Part shown: one piece after another, positions 13,214 to 26,925 of the stretch | How the letters are laid out: each line of letters opens with the position of its first letter | Numbering within the stretch: position 1 is the stretch's first letter | Source: Mytilus californianus | Lineage: Eukaryota | Direction: 5' to 3' | Length of the DNA stretch: 64,000 nt | Assembly (NCBI RefSeq): GCF_021869535.1 | Contig: NW_026262582.1 | Location: forward strand, 59,582,001 to 59,646,000 | The notes under the pieces: generated by a model | What the model was told of the DNA's origin: nothing | Databases searched by the model: none | Seen by the model: the letters and a program-made list of their open reading frames with translations, nothing else | Translations under genes and position numbers: made by a program

Positions 13214-14924
13214 GTAAGTAATGTTTTGACAACAAGATCAGTGTATTGACTTCACTCGATAATCATTATTGTTCCATTTTTGTTAGTATGTCTTTATTGT
13301 CTGTATATTTAAAAGCAGTATTCTTCAGGAATTGAAATAACGGACAAAGAAGATTTAATAGTAAAATAGTTAGTGCATTATCTACGCGAACAATATAATA
13401 TACCATATTCCTTTGTGTCTGAAAAAAATTAAATGTGCAAAGAAAATAAAAGTCCGAAAAAAGGAACAATTATTGGCTCAAACATACATGCATGTTAGCA
13501 TTCCCATATGTCATGTATGTTGCATCGACATAATTTAAATTTAATTTTTTGATTTTCAATTACACCTTTATATATATATATCATGTTTCTTTACAAAACA
13601 CTTTACATTGAACATTTTGAACGAAATAATAATGCTCTGCGCAACAATGCAAGGAGGGCGGTAGTGTTTTTTTTTTTGTTTTGTTTTTTTTTGTTTTTTT
13701 TTTTGTTTAAAGAGCATATAAGCACGAATGGGGAAAAGTGCAATAAAGGGAAACATGAGTAAGCAAAATGTTAGGAATTGAATGCTTAGAGCTTATATTT
13801 AAGCTTAATATTGAATATATTATAAACATTCGAAAGAAAAGAAGGACAAAACACTAATATTGGTATGGTAGTTCATAAATTTCGTCGTGGTAGGCTCGGA
13901 TTATTTTCTGGTGTTCGGTTGGATTGCTGTCTCTTAGACACATTACCCGTGGCCATTCTCTATTATTTTATATTTAAATATGTCAAATGAAGCATCAACA
14001 AGAAGTTCAAACAACTAGACAGTAATTGATCACGCATGTTTTAATTTCAAAAAAATCAAACCGAATTGAATAGAGTGAAATAAACATAGTCAATATTAGG
14101 TCAACGTCAGACCAAATATTATATGTTTGAATGAGGCTCAGAGAGTGGGGAAGGTTGAAGTTTCCTGAGCCCTTCCACAGTTTGTGCCGAATACAAAACG
14201 TTAATGTTTTTTCTGACATTGACGTAATGTTTCTTTTATCTTAAATGGCTACAATTATAGTAACAAAACGTTTTTTTAAACCCCAAACAAGCACCAGCGT
14301 GTTAAGAAATGTGACGTTACATGAAATCGTCACAGTAAGATATATCACCATGTTACTATATGTGGTAAATAAAGACTAAAAATATCCTGGCTACAGTATA
14401 CATTTATATCCAATACAGTCTCGATCAAAACACTGGACGTTTGTTTTGAAAACCGTTGCATTATCACGGATTAGTGATATTTTCTCTAACGCCTTACAAT
14501 AAAAACTAATAGAATCAACGCTTCATCTATGCAATGTGTGAGGTGGTCGCCATTCAATGAAATATGTCTTTGTTGTAATACTTTAAATCTTTAAATTCCT
14601 GGTTTTCAAATTTTTCATGATGAACGTAAATTCAACAGTCCGGTTCGGACATAATACATTGATTAAGTGTTATGTTAATTCGTGTTGTCGTTTATAAATT
14701 ACGAACATTTTATTAACGTAGGACAGACAAAGCTGACCTTTGATTGGTTGAGCTAGTCTATTTCGCTCATGGTTATTTAAACATTGATGAATGAAAATCA
14801 TGAAAATCGATTCATCCTAAATGAATAGTCGAAGTGTTATTTTGAATTTACGTTTGTTTTCTTTGCTTTAAACACATCACTTCTAAGACATGCACTAAGC
14901 GTAACATAACAAATTTATCAAAAT

Positions 14925-15235
14925 AAAGAGATGTTGTGTAATTGCCCATGAGACAACATTCCTCTGGAGACCAAATGACATAGATTAAGAAGTTACCGTA
15001 AGGCCTTCAACATTGATTAAAACCCATGCACATAGTAAGCTGTCAACGGCCCCGAAATGAAAATTGGTAAAACAAATCAACTGAGAAAAAGAGCGGCCTG
15101 ATTTATGTAAACAAAAAAAACGTCAAACAAAAATGATACAAGTAAACAACAACAAATGACAACTACTGAAATGACATGCTCCTGAATTTGGACAGGCACA
15201 TAGAAAATTAAACAATATAAGAAATACGTATCTGA
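14925..15235 (+). mobile_element. Degenerate copy of the AGATGTGGTATGATTGCCAATGAG interspersed repeat
   Basis: Aligns with 18605-18935 and 55905-56200. Confidence 0.75.
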
Positions 15236-15403
15236 AGCAAAATATTTATCATACACATCTATCATCCAATTGGTTTAACGTAAAGACGTTATCAGCATCC
15301 AGAGAAAAACATGAAAACATGTCCTTGTGCAATGCCAACATATAATTTGATATAAAGAGGAGTGATTGCAGTATAATTATACATGCTTTGATTCATGTTA
15401 CAG

Positions 15404-15559
15404 CATGTCCAGCTGGATGGTATGGCAAGAAGTGTAAAGAAAAATGTTTATCGAATTACTACGGTAACCTGTGTAAACAAATGTGTAATTGTTCGTTAAA
15501 CGAGACATGCAATAATGTGTACGGCTGCATATGTAACGACAGCAGTAACTGTTCAGATC
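15404..15559 (+). CDS. U2 EGF-like exon (CPAGWYGKKCKEKCLSNYYGNLCKQMCNCSLNETCNNVYGCICNDSSNCSD)
   Basis: TGTTACAG|CA acceptor and C|GTAAGT donor, phase 1-1, classic MEGF-type EGF cysteine pattern. Confidence 0.85.
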
Positions 15560-16236
15560 GTAAGTACTGATAAATTACTAGTATAAGTTTCTCTAGATCA
15601 AAAAGTTGTCAAATTAGTGTTGGGGGAACGGTGACGGCAAACTCAATTTACATCGTATAGAATGCAACAGATATATGTAGTTCATAATACAAGCTTTAAA
15701 ACTCACCATATTAATTAGTATATAAGAGAAAAAATAATCGGAAAGACAGCAACAATTAGCAAAAACTACAGATAACCCTTTATCAGTTAAAGCCAATAGA
15801 AAAACGTGCTTTGAGGAAGATGGGCTTTTGAAGCGGTGTATGATTTGCACCTACGTGGTAATCAAGTTCTATCTGCATTGGTATCACATGCCTTGTCTCT
15901 AAGGACTTGCAACGAAAAATGAAAATTTTTAACGTATTTCATTGGCATTTCAAACATCTTTGTATTTCTTAAATAAAAAAAAAAACATCATTTACCGTTG
16001 ATATATGACATTTCGGTTAATAGATGGTAATAATTTGTCTTAATGACTTCAAAAATATTTGGTATTTTCAATATTTTGCTTTCATTTGACCATGTAAACG
16101 TTTTTGTATTATTGTATTGTCGAATGCTCAATATTATTTGCACGTTGTCATCTAGACAAAATGCTAGATGTCTTTAAATGTTCAAAATAACAATTTATTT
16201 AGTGTTCCCGTTCAACATACCTTTAATAACATTTAG

Positions 16237-16275
16237 AGCCAACTGGTCTCCGGAAGTTGGGAAGTACAAAAACAG
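16237..16275 (+). CDS. U2 short stalk exon (QPTGLRKLGSTKT)
   Basis: ATTTAG|AG...ACAG|GTACTT, 39 nt, phase 1-1, open. Support is splice logic only. Confidence 0.4.
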
Positions 16276-16671
16276 GTACTTCTGATCTGAGCGACAGGAC
16301 AAATATGCCCTCCTATCTTGATTTCGTATGTTTTTTTTTTCATTATTCAAAAGAAAGTTTTAACAAGGGATCTACAGTAATCTCATGTCCTTAAGCTTTC
16401 ATTTGATACTAACAAATGACCAAGATGATCCAAATGTTTTACTTATTGACAAATTTGCAGCTATACGTAAGAACTATTTTGTTTAATATATGTAATACTT
16501 TCTTGTTCTTTTTTTTCTGACTCTGCCGAATAAGGTGTTCTAAACCTACAAAATGTCCATAAAAAAAATAGCCAATAGTACGGAAAGCAGCGTTATACAC
16601 CAGTCAATCAATCCAGATTTGTGAATAGAACATTAAACCCAAATAACAATCTTTTGTTTTACTCTTATTAG

Positions 16672-16755
16672 GGGATACCATGTATAAATCCAAGACATAT
16701 ATGTTTAATGGTTACAACAATACTTTGCCAACAACAATGAATATATGGACAACAG
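16672..16755 (+). CDS. U2 T-rich stalk exon (GDTMYKSKTYMFNGYNNTLPTTMNIWTT)
   Basis: CTCTTATTAG|GG acceptor and ACAG|GTAATT donor, 84 nt, phase 1-1. Homologues lie at 4393, 46030 and 53813. Confidence 0.6.
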
Positions 16756-17268
16756 GTAATTTTCGGAAACAATATGGTTGTTGTTTAAGTTATATGCTCG
16801 TTGGAGTTTGAAAAATATAGTTGTTACGGAATTATCAAGAGTGTTATTTAATGTTCCACATTGTCTTGCTAGCTTAAAGCAATTTTCATAAAAGTTATAA
16901 ATTATTCAAACAAATTATAGTACTGGAAACTAATACATGAGATGTATTGCTTTTTAATATCGTAGATACTTTTATAAAAATTAACACAATAGAAAATTTT
17001 GTTTTTATACCATTCTTAATACTTATACTGATTAGTCTTTTTTAATGTACTTAACAAAGATCAGATTAAGGATTACTGGCATATACAAGCGTCAGTTACA
17101 ACACCGTAAGTGTTGTTACATAATGATAATTGAGACAAAAAACAACTTACGTTTCATGAATTATTTAAGAAGAAAAAGCAAGTGCGTCAGTTTCTACTTG
17201 TATATGAGCTCGTCCTTGGAGTCACTTTTATTCTTCGATTCATAAAACTAAATGACATATGTTTTCAG

Positions 17269-17600
17269 AAGGATATTCGACATATAGACACATCCATGTT
17301 TATGTGATCAGTGTATCAGCTGCTATGGTGTTGGTTTGCCTAGCAACAGCATTTATAAGAATTATCCGCAGCACACGGAAAGGAAACGGTCTAGATTCTG
17401 AAAATTATAAAAGGAAAAGGAACGGAAGAACGACATATCCAGTAAGTGGCGGTATGAAATTTAGCAGATCACAGTACGCAGTTTCCTCAGGTGCATGTCA
17501 AATGTTCACAGAACGCACACAACATCAGTTTATTGAAGTTAAGGATAAAAAAACACTGGAATCTACAGGTATCCGTGGCCTTTACAATAGAAAACAGTAA
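17269..17600 (+). CDS. U2 terminal exon: transmembrane helix plus cytoplasmic tail
   Basis: GTTTTCAG|AA acceptor (phase 1). EGYSTYRHIHVYVISVSAAMVLVCLATAFIRII is followed by basic RSTRK and ends LYNRKQ*. Clearly paralogous to 46999-47291. Confidence 0.8.
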
Positions 17601-18604
17601 CACTACTTATATGATCTGTGTAACCAGATACTCAATCCAGTACTACTTACAGTACTTTCAACGCTTTCAATGTAATTTGTAAATAAACTAATACAACTTA
17701 TAGATTTATAATTAATAAAACTATTAGAAAATACATATAGCTTGTTATGTTAAATCTAAAGGGCTACACATCTATACATAGTGAAGACCTAGATATACTA
17801 CTGGCAGGTATTTTTTTTTTTAATACTTTGCTTTCGTTGTACCTATTCGAAACAAATGCGTGATTGGGTATGCCAATACCATTATTTGATACAATAGTTT
17901 CAACAGTTTAATTCATGTATATCTTAAATGTACAGCACTCTATTAATTCGACCGCCTCGAATGCTTGTTTTGGGTTTTTCCTTATCAGAAACGTTATCAT
18001 TTGAATCTTAAGAATAAATAAAGACTTGTGCATCCATCAAAAAGTTAACTGTACCTGGGGATTTTTTTTTCCTGATTTTTTTTAAAAATAATTTAAACTA
18101 TTTCTTTTCAAACACCCCAACATGAACACATAAACATTAACTCCAACGTGTCTACATGTCAACAGTTCATACAAATGTAAATAAACAACATTCAAAACGT
18201 CACACTCAACACATTAACGAATTAAGTATTCAAATATACTCATGTTGACATCTTGTAAGGTTTACAAATGGTTATCGTTCCTGTATAGGCAACGCGTTAT
18301 TGTCTTCTACATAACTTCAACTGGTGCTCCACAACCATATCGATAAGAAATAACCGATGACCAACAGATTCAAAAATGTAAAATGTAATAGTTAAATACA
18401 AGGATAAATATAATGTTAACGTTAAAAGATGGGACAACTTTAAACTGGTTGATATTTTCTTTTAATCCCTTTGCACGAATGGAAATCTGAAAGTCGTCAA
18501 AACTCGAAAATATTAACAAAGACGGTAAGAATTTGTACAATGTCTATATCTTCTTAAATGACAGTAAGATAGTCAATGAAATTCACCCAAATCTGTCTTA
18601 TATA

Positions 18605-18935
18605 GATATAAGAAGATGTGGTATGAGTGCCAATGGGACAACTCTCCATCCAAGTCAAAATTTAAAAAAAGTAAACCAGTATAGGTCAAAGTACGGTCTT
18701 CAACACGGAGCCTTGGCTCACACCGAACAGTAAGCTATAAAGGGCCCCAAAAATTACTAGTGTAAAACCATTCAAACGGGAAAACCAACGGTCTAATCTA
18801 TATAAAAAACGAGAAACGAGAAACACTTATGAACCACATCAACAAACGACAACTACTGAACACAAGATTCCTGACTTCGGACAGGTGCAAACAAATGCAG
18901 CGGGTTTAAACGTTTTAATGGTACCAAACCTTCAC
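18605..18935 (+). mobile_element. Well-preserved copy of the AGATGTGGTATGA(G/T)TGCCAATG interspersed repeat
   Basis: At least seven related copies occur in the window on both strands (3.4-4.0, 14.9, 25.0-25.3, 28.7-29.1, 31.0, 55.9 kb). Confidence 0.85.
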
Positions 18936-21900
18936 AAAGTAACATGTCATATCGGTATGAAATGTTAAACAATTTAAGAAAAACAATATGCTCGAACAAA
19001 AATATCAGCCATTTGCAATAACTTTAAACACAGGTAAATGAAAATAATTTTGTTGTTAGGTATACGTGTACAGTTCCAATAGAGAAAGGAAATATTTTTA
19101 CAAAATAAATAATTTTGTTGTTCATAGTACGAAGTGAAAATTTATAGTAATACCAAACACTTATTAAAGCTGGTATATAGACCATATATAACCCTGAATA
19201 ACATTAAATAACAAAAAGGCATTACAATTAGTATGTTATTGTATATCGTTTAATAATGTCGATTATTCATTTTTCCACTTTGTTTACGTCAATAGTAATA
19301 GTGTGTTCAATTACGGGAACAGCAAATGTTTCCTTCTCATAGAGCGCTTCGATCCAAAAAAATTGCTGTCTTTGTCATATTAGAATATAAATAATTCATG
19401 GGGACTTGAATTTATATTGATGTTTCCACGGGTTGGCCCTATATGTTGATATTGCAAAAAATAGTTCCTGATAAAATGAAACTAATTTATCAAAAGATAG
19501 GTAAACGAAACCAAAGAAACATTATTGGTGGTATGATACGAACTCGATGGTTATTGGTATTGATCAAAATCCTATATACAGATGGTGATCTGTTTCTATA
19601 AAAAGTGAAAGAAAAAACCGCACAAGTTAACCTTATTACTCCCTAGAAAGTTATCCATTGATCTATCTCTTCACTCTGGACAAAAAAAGCGGACCATTAA
19701 CTTGCTTAATCATTTTGTTATCACAAATGTCACTTCTGTTATCATGGTTATGACAAAAACAAACAATTTATTCGGCAATTTACCGAAAACAAACTTTCTG
19801 CAGCGCAACCTTTTGATTTATTTGGTTGTAATTGCTCTTCAACTTGATTTTGCCTTTTTTGTTATTTTTTATTTAGTTATAACTCGCAGTGAGTCTCAAA
19901 CTGTCGTTTCGAGTTCGAACCTCACCTCGACTTACAGATTAACAGGGTTATAGAGCTACTGTTCCTTTTCTTTTGTACATTGTGTGTTCATCTGTTGTGA
20001 CATCCCTTCATTTCCACTCAACAAACGACAAGTCAGCTTACATATGGTAACGACAGATCTCTCATCAATATTTAGTTCTAAAATGGACGATTTGATAAAG
20101 CGATTTGCAATTATCGATGATTATAGTGAAAAACATAATATTCAAGTCGGTATTTGAAAAAAAAGTAGTTCCAAGCGTTACACATACGTTAAAACTACTG
20201 TTTGGTATTATCTTGTCTTTCAATCTACCGCTATTGGAATCATCAAAGCTTAAACATTCAACCTCGATATCAAACAAGAATAGTATTATACATGCTATAC
20301 TATTCAACCGTTTTATTTCCTAGCAATAACATATCATCTGTTCTATCGCAAACCGTCTGAATTCATGCATGTTCATACTTCATTAGCATTGGAGGGCTCC
20401 CTATACATGCTATACAAAACATACTTCAACAGAGTTATGTTGAATAAAGACTGAAATCGACAATACATTAGTTTTGATAACATAAACATGATAAACGATA
20501 CCTATTTTACTGCGCCTGATGCGCATTTCGACAATAAATGTCTCTTCAGTGATGTTCGAGGTCAAAATACTTGTATATCAACAATCTAATAGAAAAGTTG
20601 AAAAGCTGTTAAAACCAAAAAGGACATTACGTATAGCCAAATGTTAACAAGGTTTTAATGTTGCAATCACGAGTTGGTCGGCTAATATGATGTGTTTGTG
20701 TTTCAAATCGGTAGCTACATGTTTTTTTGTCTGTAATTTTGTGTTCTTTACCTGACTTTGACATTTTGACTGAATGTAGATTGGGTGTCACGGATAGACG
20801 AGTGCTGGCTTAGAAGGAGTCTGTAAAATAATGAATAATACTTTAAACAATTAACAATTAAATATAGTACAAATTTACATACTAGATTATGATAATAAAT
20901 GTTCAAATTAAACTGTTCACTCTATTTCACTAGTTAACTGAACTGCTGTAGAAACATATACTTCCGGTCATCAAAACTGGCCCAACATAACGTGAAGGTT
21001 ACGGCTGCCCTATTGACGTCTCACAAGGTTTACGTTGTGATTCAATAATGTTGCTCTATACCAAACTGCTCACTACTTTTACAGTTGGTTGTATATCTCC
21101 GTACTACACACTACTAACTATACATCGCATACTACTCAGCCCTCTGACTGGTACCTATCGAAGTATATACTATACGTTATAATAAGACATATACATACGC
21201 CTATGTAATACACATGTCGCATAAATAATTATGAATATTTATACGTTCAATCTATAGAAGATTGCGTTACATTAAATAATATGTAATGCTTTACTTTACA
21301 CAATAAATAATTACGGCATATCGCATAATGCCTTACGTTACATGTCACATAATTGACTATAAAGTATAATGCCATTATACAATTACTACACACAATATAT
21401 AGCTGTAACGCTGAATATATATTCATGTCTATACTTTGCATATTGCTTTGCATACTTATGGAGATACATACAACATTGCAATATCGTAAGAAAACTTACA
21501 TAAAATACTGTTTCGATAATCACGTATTTAATATAGGATGAAGCATACATAACTTATTTCATTGATAAAATTACAATCTCGGAAATTAAAATATGAATAA
21601 GTATAAAATATCATATATTTGCGTTGTTGCAGAAAACTGAACATTTTAGCACGATTAAGTATAACAATAAGAATACATTGAATTCTACCTCAGAAATCCA
21701 GTGAGTGCATCCACGCCACATTACAATCTAAATTCTAAACATATATACAATGACCACACCTTTACTCGTTAAGGTGTTTCCTGAAAATGACTACTCAGCT
21801 CATCAAGAACAGGTATCACATGATACTCAACTCGTTCGCCGAATTTACAGGTAAATACCCAAGTAAAAAGTGGACACTACATAATTAATTAGATGTAAGA

Positions 21901-23429
21901 TGTGGACATGTATTATACACTGAAGTTTGCAGAATATACACTTTATAAGATACTAACGGTCTGCAAATTGAAATAGAATTAACCTACCAAAATAACTATA
22001 CATATACGAGTCAATAAAGTCACCCTGTAACAGTAGGTTTGGGTAATTCATACATAACATGAAACGCTTACTCGATTGATTAATCTGATTTAACAGCTTT
22101 GGAAAAGTTGCGATTTCCTCACAATCTGTGTGTAATATTGAGTTGTCTTATTACTTTTTTTGTGATATTTCATAATCGGTAAACTTCTATAACAGTTGCA
22201 TAAACCAGATTTTAATCAGACCACTTATAATTGATAGCAATGTTCAATATTCACGAACTACAACTATGAGCTTATTAAAGTGTCATTATAAAATTGAATT
22301 ATAATTAAGAAAAGATGCCAGGCAATGTTATACATGTTAACCAAAATAACAAAATCAATATTTTTTGTCAAAAATAAATGACGTTCTTCCATCAAACAAT
22401 AACAATGCAACCATAACAATTTTTTTCATTAATGTATTCAAAATAAAAAAAGTTGGAAGGCTTATTGCAAATCAAATACGAAAATATTGAAAATTTGCGC
22501 CAAATAAAACCTCAGTGTTTGACAATACCGTTTTGTTTTGTAAGAACCACAAACATAGTGTGAACATACAAAAAACAGTAAGTATCATACAGTATCAAAC
22601 CAGAGATAGATGTCTTTACAAATTTTGCAATCGGACATTGCCGTCAGTGTTAACAAGTTTATAACAGTTGAAAACTGTCAGAGACATGTCATTTACATCA
22701 ACAATCTTAAAAAAACATTACGAAAGGACAAGATATAACCACTAATACAATTTCTTGCACATAATTTGGTATGTATGTATTAATTATTAAATTACATGAA
22801 TGTTTCATTAAAATTCTTACTTTTAGTTAACTGACAACAATCAAAAGGCAATCCAAAATTCAATTTTACGTCCCAGTAAAATGCAACATTCGTGTATGCA
22901 CATGCTTCCCGAGACAATGTCACAGCTTTGCATAGGAAAACGAACAGAATATTTTATATAACATCTAATTTCTTAGTAGTAGCCTTAACGTGAAATTATA
23001 ACAATTGAATGCTTCTTTTTTTAAAAGTAGTATAAAATTGGGAATCAAAATGTTATTTGGTCAATGCTTTTACACCCCAATAAAACTACAAAAAGAAACT
23101 TTCGATTCTTAAATCAAGAGATAAAAAATGTAATGGGAAATATTGTCCTCAACTTTCAACTTTGAATGACTGCGTATAACACATTCTGCAGGATGATAAA
23201 AACATCTGTCGTGAGTAAATTTTATACTTTAAAATGATTTTTTTTTTATATTGCCGTCAAGCTTGGATCTCTAGAAAGATCACGACTGAGTACAAATCGC
23301 GGATAAACAAAACAATAAGAAATTAAAAACCAAGAAATAATAAAGAAATTCAGAGAACATTTGAAGGTCTTTCCACATTACATTTCTAAATAATTGATTT
23401 GAAGCTACATGCGTTTTACTCAAATAATC

Positions 23430-23960
23430 TTTGGTAATCAATCATAGGTTTCTGCATACTGATTCAAAAAATATATGATTTCTATTTAATTTTGTCTGAA
23501 ATAAGGGAGATAATTTGTAACTTATTATTTAATTTTGTCTGAAATAAGGGAGATAATTTATTACTTCTGGTTTAGAAAATGCCACTTCCGGTCTGATCTA
23601 AAAGCTTTAGCCACACTGATTTCAAAAAGATATGGTTTCTATATACTTTTGCTTAAAATAAGAGATATACATTGCAACTTCCGGTTTAGAAATGTCACTT
23701 TCGGAACTATTTTTAGGTAACTTTACACTGATTCCAAAAATATATAGTTCTAGATACTTTCAACGAAATCAGTGCAGAAAATGGCTACTTCCGATTTATA
23801 AAAGGTAACTTCCGGCTGAGCTTTCAAAGTCTCAGGTCTAACAACCTATTGAAAAACACCTCATAGCTTTATCAAGTATTAATATGAATTTATAGCACAG
23901 TTCAATATCTAGAACGTCAAATTTACCTTTGACCTTGAATCAAATGTCAAGGTATTAAAG
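23430..23960 (+). mobile_element. Repeat with internal ACTTCCGG-containing tandem subunits and a TGACCTT motif (possibly Helitron/Helentron-associated non-autonomous element)
   Basis: ACTTCCG(G) recurs at ~23585, 23677, 23788 and 23809. TTTAATTTTGTCTGAAATAAGGGAGATAATTT is tandemly duplicated at ~23486-23560. Class is inferred. Confidence 0.4.
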
Positions 23961-26059
23961 CGAGGACCTCTTATTAAACAACCCTAATTCCCTTCTTAAT
24001 ATAGTTACTGAGTTCTATCTCAATACAGCTAATTTCAAACATTAGAAGGGAGGAAACTCCTATTTAATATCGACGCATCCTTGCAACAAGAATAAACGTA
24101 AGGAAAAACTGCAATTCGCACAATATGAAAAACCTTCTCCAAAAGGGTAGAAACGCCAACATTGTAAAATAGGTAGAAAAAAGGCGAAAGGTACCTTGTG
24201 ATATGCAAAGTAAGTTGAAAAAAAAAAAAAAAAAAAAGAATAGACGACGAAAAGACAAACAACAATACACAAAACACAACATAGAAAACTAAAGACTGAG
24301 CAACACGAACCCTACCAACAAACTTGGGTGATCTCAGGTGCTCAGGAAAGCATAACAAGACAGAATAAAAACATCATATGCAATACTGACACAATCAATA
24401 GTAAAATGTATGCTTTGCTTAATGAGTTTGCAACAGAAAGATGAAACCTATACCTGGGTTACTTTAAACACGAAACACAGAAACTGACAACGCCATGACA
24501 ACAAAAAAACGAATAACGTTGAAAACACATGCAAGTTCACAAAATGCAGAAAACTTAAAACATTTACTAAATGGTTAAGAACAACATTAAATCATGGCGT
24601 AAATGTTATGAACCTTGTTACGTTTATGATGCTCAAAACATGTAAATATATATGTAACCAATATTTATTTTACAATATGTCTTTATACAATTTTGTAGAT
24701 GAGTTTAGCTATTCTTTTCCGGCATTTGTTGGTCATACAGCTCCTTACGTTTCAATGTATTTGTACATCCCTGGTTTTAAAATAATTAGAATAGAGTAGT
24801 ATTCCTGATAAACGTAAATATATTTACAGAAAAGTGTTTCGGATGCACGAAGTTTATTGTTGTGTCATTAAATAGCACTGTATTAATACCACTACTGGTG
24901 TAACTAATCCATTGATCATGCTAGCAATATCAAAATAATAATCAGTACTCGTTCAATGAATTTAGTATAAAGACTTCATAAACAGTCCCTTACAGATGTT
25001 TAACTCCGCTACATTCTTTATGTACCCCGTAGTTCAGTGGTTGTCATTTACTCTTGTCTGTCATTTGTTTTTTGTTAATTGTTATGCTATAAAGTAGACC
25101 GTTAGTTTTATCATTTGATTTGTTTCATATTTTTCATGTCGGGAGACTTGTATAGTCAATTATACGGTATGGGTTTTTCTCATTGTTGAAGGCCGAATGG
25201 TTGCCAATATTTCGTTACATCCACTTTATTTAAATGTTGGTGGATAGTTATCTCAAATTGCAATCATACCCCATCTCTTTATTTTTATATTGAGTAAAAA
25301 AATATTACTTTATGCTATAACGGAATGTAAGTATCGAATTGACATAATATGGACAATACGTGCCCATAATTGTATAGCTAGTCTTGGTTGGTTATGCTCC
25401 ATGTGTTAATAACAACATTGTACTGATACACAAGCAATACGAGCATATAAATGACGAGGAATTCGATCTGTATACTCAATTAACGTACCATATTTGTCTT
25501 TTTAACAATGTTACCGATATCATCTGTGATTTTTAAAGGGGGATCAGCAAATATGTTCATTCTGGTTTGTTGGTAACACCAACATCAACAGCATTTTTAG
25601 GCTTCTTTGTATATCTTAATTTTGTTTATGAAGTACATTTTATAAAACACCTGACAATCTCTATAGCAAGTTGATCAAACATGACTGTTGGATATTTTTA
25701 AAGAATTTAAAACAGGATTATCTATTCGTTTTGTATGCTATAGAGGAGGTTTTAAATGCAGTTTTTTTAGTATCTTACGTTTGAATTCATATATTAAGTC
25801 GCTACAATGTAGTTATAGTACAATGGTTAACTGAAAGAGAGGCAAAGGATACCAAAAGGACATCATAAGTCGAAAATAAACTGACAACGCCATGGCTAAA
25901 AAAGAAAAAAAAAGACAAACAGACAAACAACAGTACGGAACACCAAAGACTGAGCAACAAGAACCCCACCAAAAAAAAAAAAACACAGAAAAAACTATGG
26001 GATCTCAGGTGTTGCAAAAGGGTGAGCTGATTCTGCTCCACATGTTGCACCTGTCGTGT

Positions 26060-26925
26060 TGCTCATGTAAGTACAATTCCCGGTGATATATCTAAATCTG
26101 TATGTCACATTCGGAAGAAAAGAGACAGGATTGTCGTTACGACAATTGAAACATATCTGTCGTCATCTGTGAAACAGATTTTCCATAACGGTCAACCAAC
26201 TCATAAAGGGGTCCGTAAAATTTACGAAGGGATGATTTCAGCTTCACCTCTCGAAACTCTTTGTTTAGTAGCTTCCTAATTAGCAGCAAGCCTATATCAA
26301 GGAAATCATGATAGTAAACACAAGCTCTGGAATATATTATCAACTGGGAGATGAATACTCCGTATGCAGGCGCTCCTTGAATGTTGCTACATAGAAATAG
26401 AAAGTTCACAAGCTGAAATCATCTCTTTTGTTGTAAAGATTTATTTTCAACCGACCCTCATTGTAAATTTCTAGATGTAAGTCAAGATATAAGGCAGACT
26501 TACCTGTATCTATTGTATCCTTTATCGTAAGTTCGATGGGATAGATGTATTCAACATAGTCACCATTTTTTTAATTATTTAGTGAGAGAACATCATTTAT
26601 AGAGCGGATAGTGAAGATAAAGGATACTGCTATGTTCTTTTCTTTCTTCCTATGAAGTTCCTGTATTAAGTTAGCCTCATATGAATAAAGGAACAAGTTG
26701 GTTCCAATAGGAATGCCGATTGTTTGTTGAAAAAAACACGTCCCTCAAAGTAACAAATATGTTGTCAATCAACAAATCAAGCATCCTGATAATGTCAGTT
26801 TCAGAGATTTTTTTGGTTTGAATCAGAGTGATTGTTTTTACTAAGTACGATTTATCCCTCCCTAAGAAAAGAAACATGTACCTACGTAAGCCATTCTTTT
26901 TTTATAAAACAAAGCATGACAAACT
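26060..26925 (-). mobile_element. Penelope-like retroelement, degenerate reverse-transcriptase C-terminal fragment
   Basis: Minus-strand translations: MLDLLIDNIFVT; (frameshifted) QQTIGIPIGT; RSINDVLSL (decayed RYIDD); NIQGAPAYGVFISQLIIYSRAC...LRKFYG. These are PLE-type RT motifs with frameshifts. Confidence 0.85.

Noticed and set aside
24035-24358. Phe-rich minus-strand ORFs resembling membrane proteins
   Set aside because: Produced by poly-A tracts and a common repeat also seen at 8950-9060, 25830-26000 and 31750-31930.
22520-24900. Possible decayed exon 1 (donor GTAAGT ~22579) and exon 2 (KVFRMHEVYCCV, ~24831) for the 29.7-kb TM exon
   Set aside because: Both contain stops, no ATG was found, and similarity is too weak to distinguish from chance.
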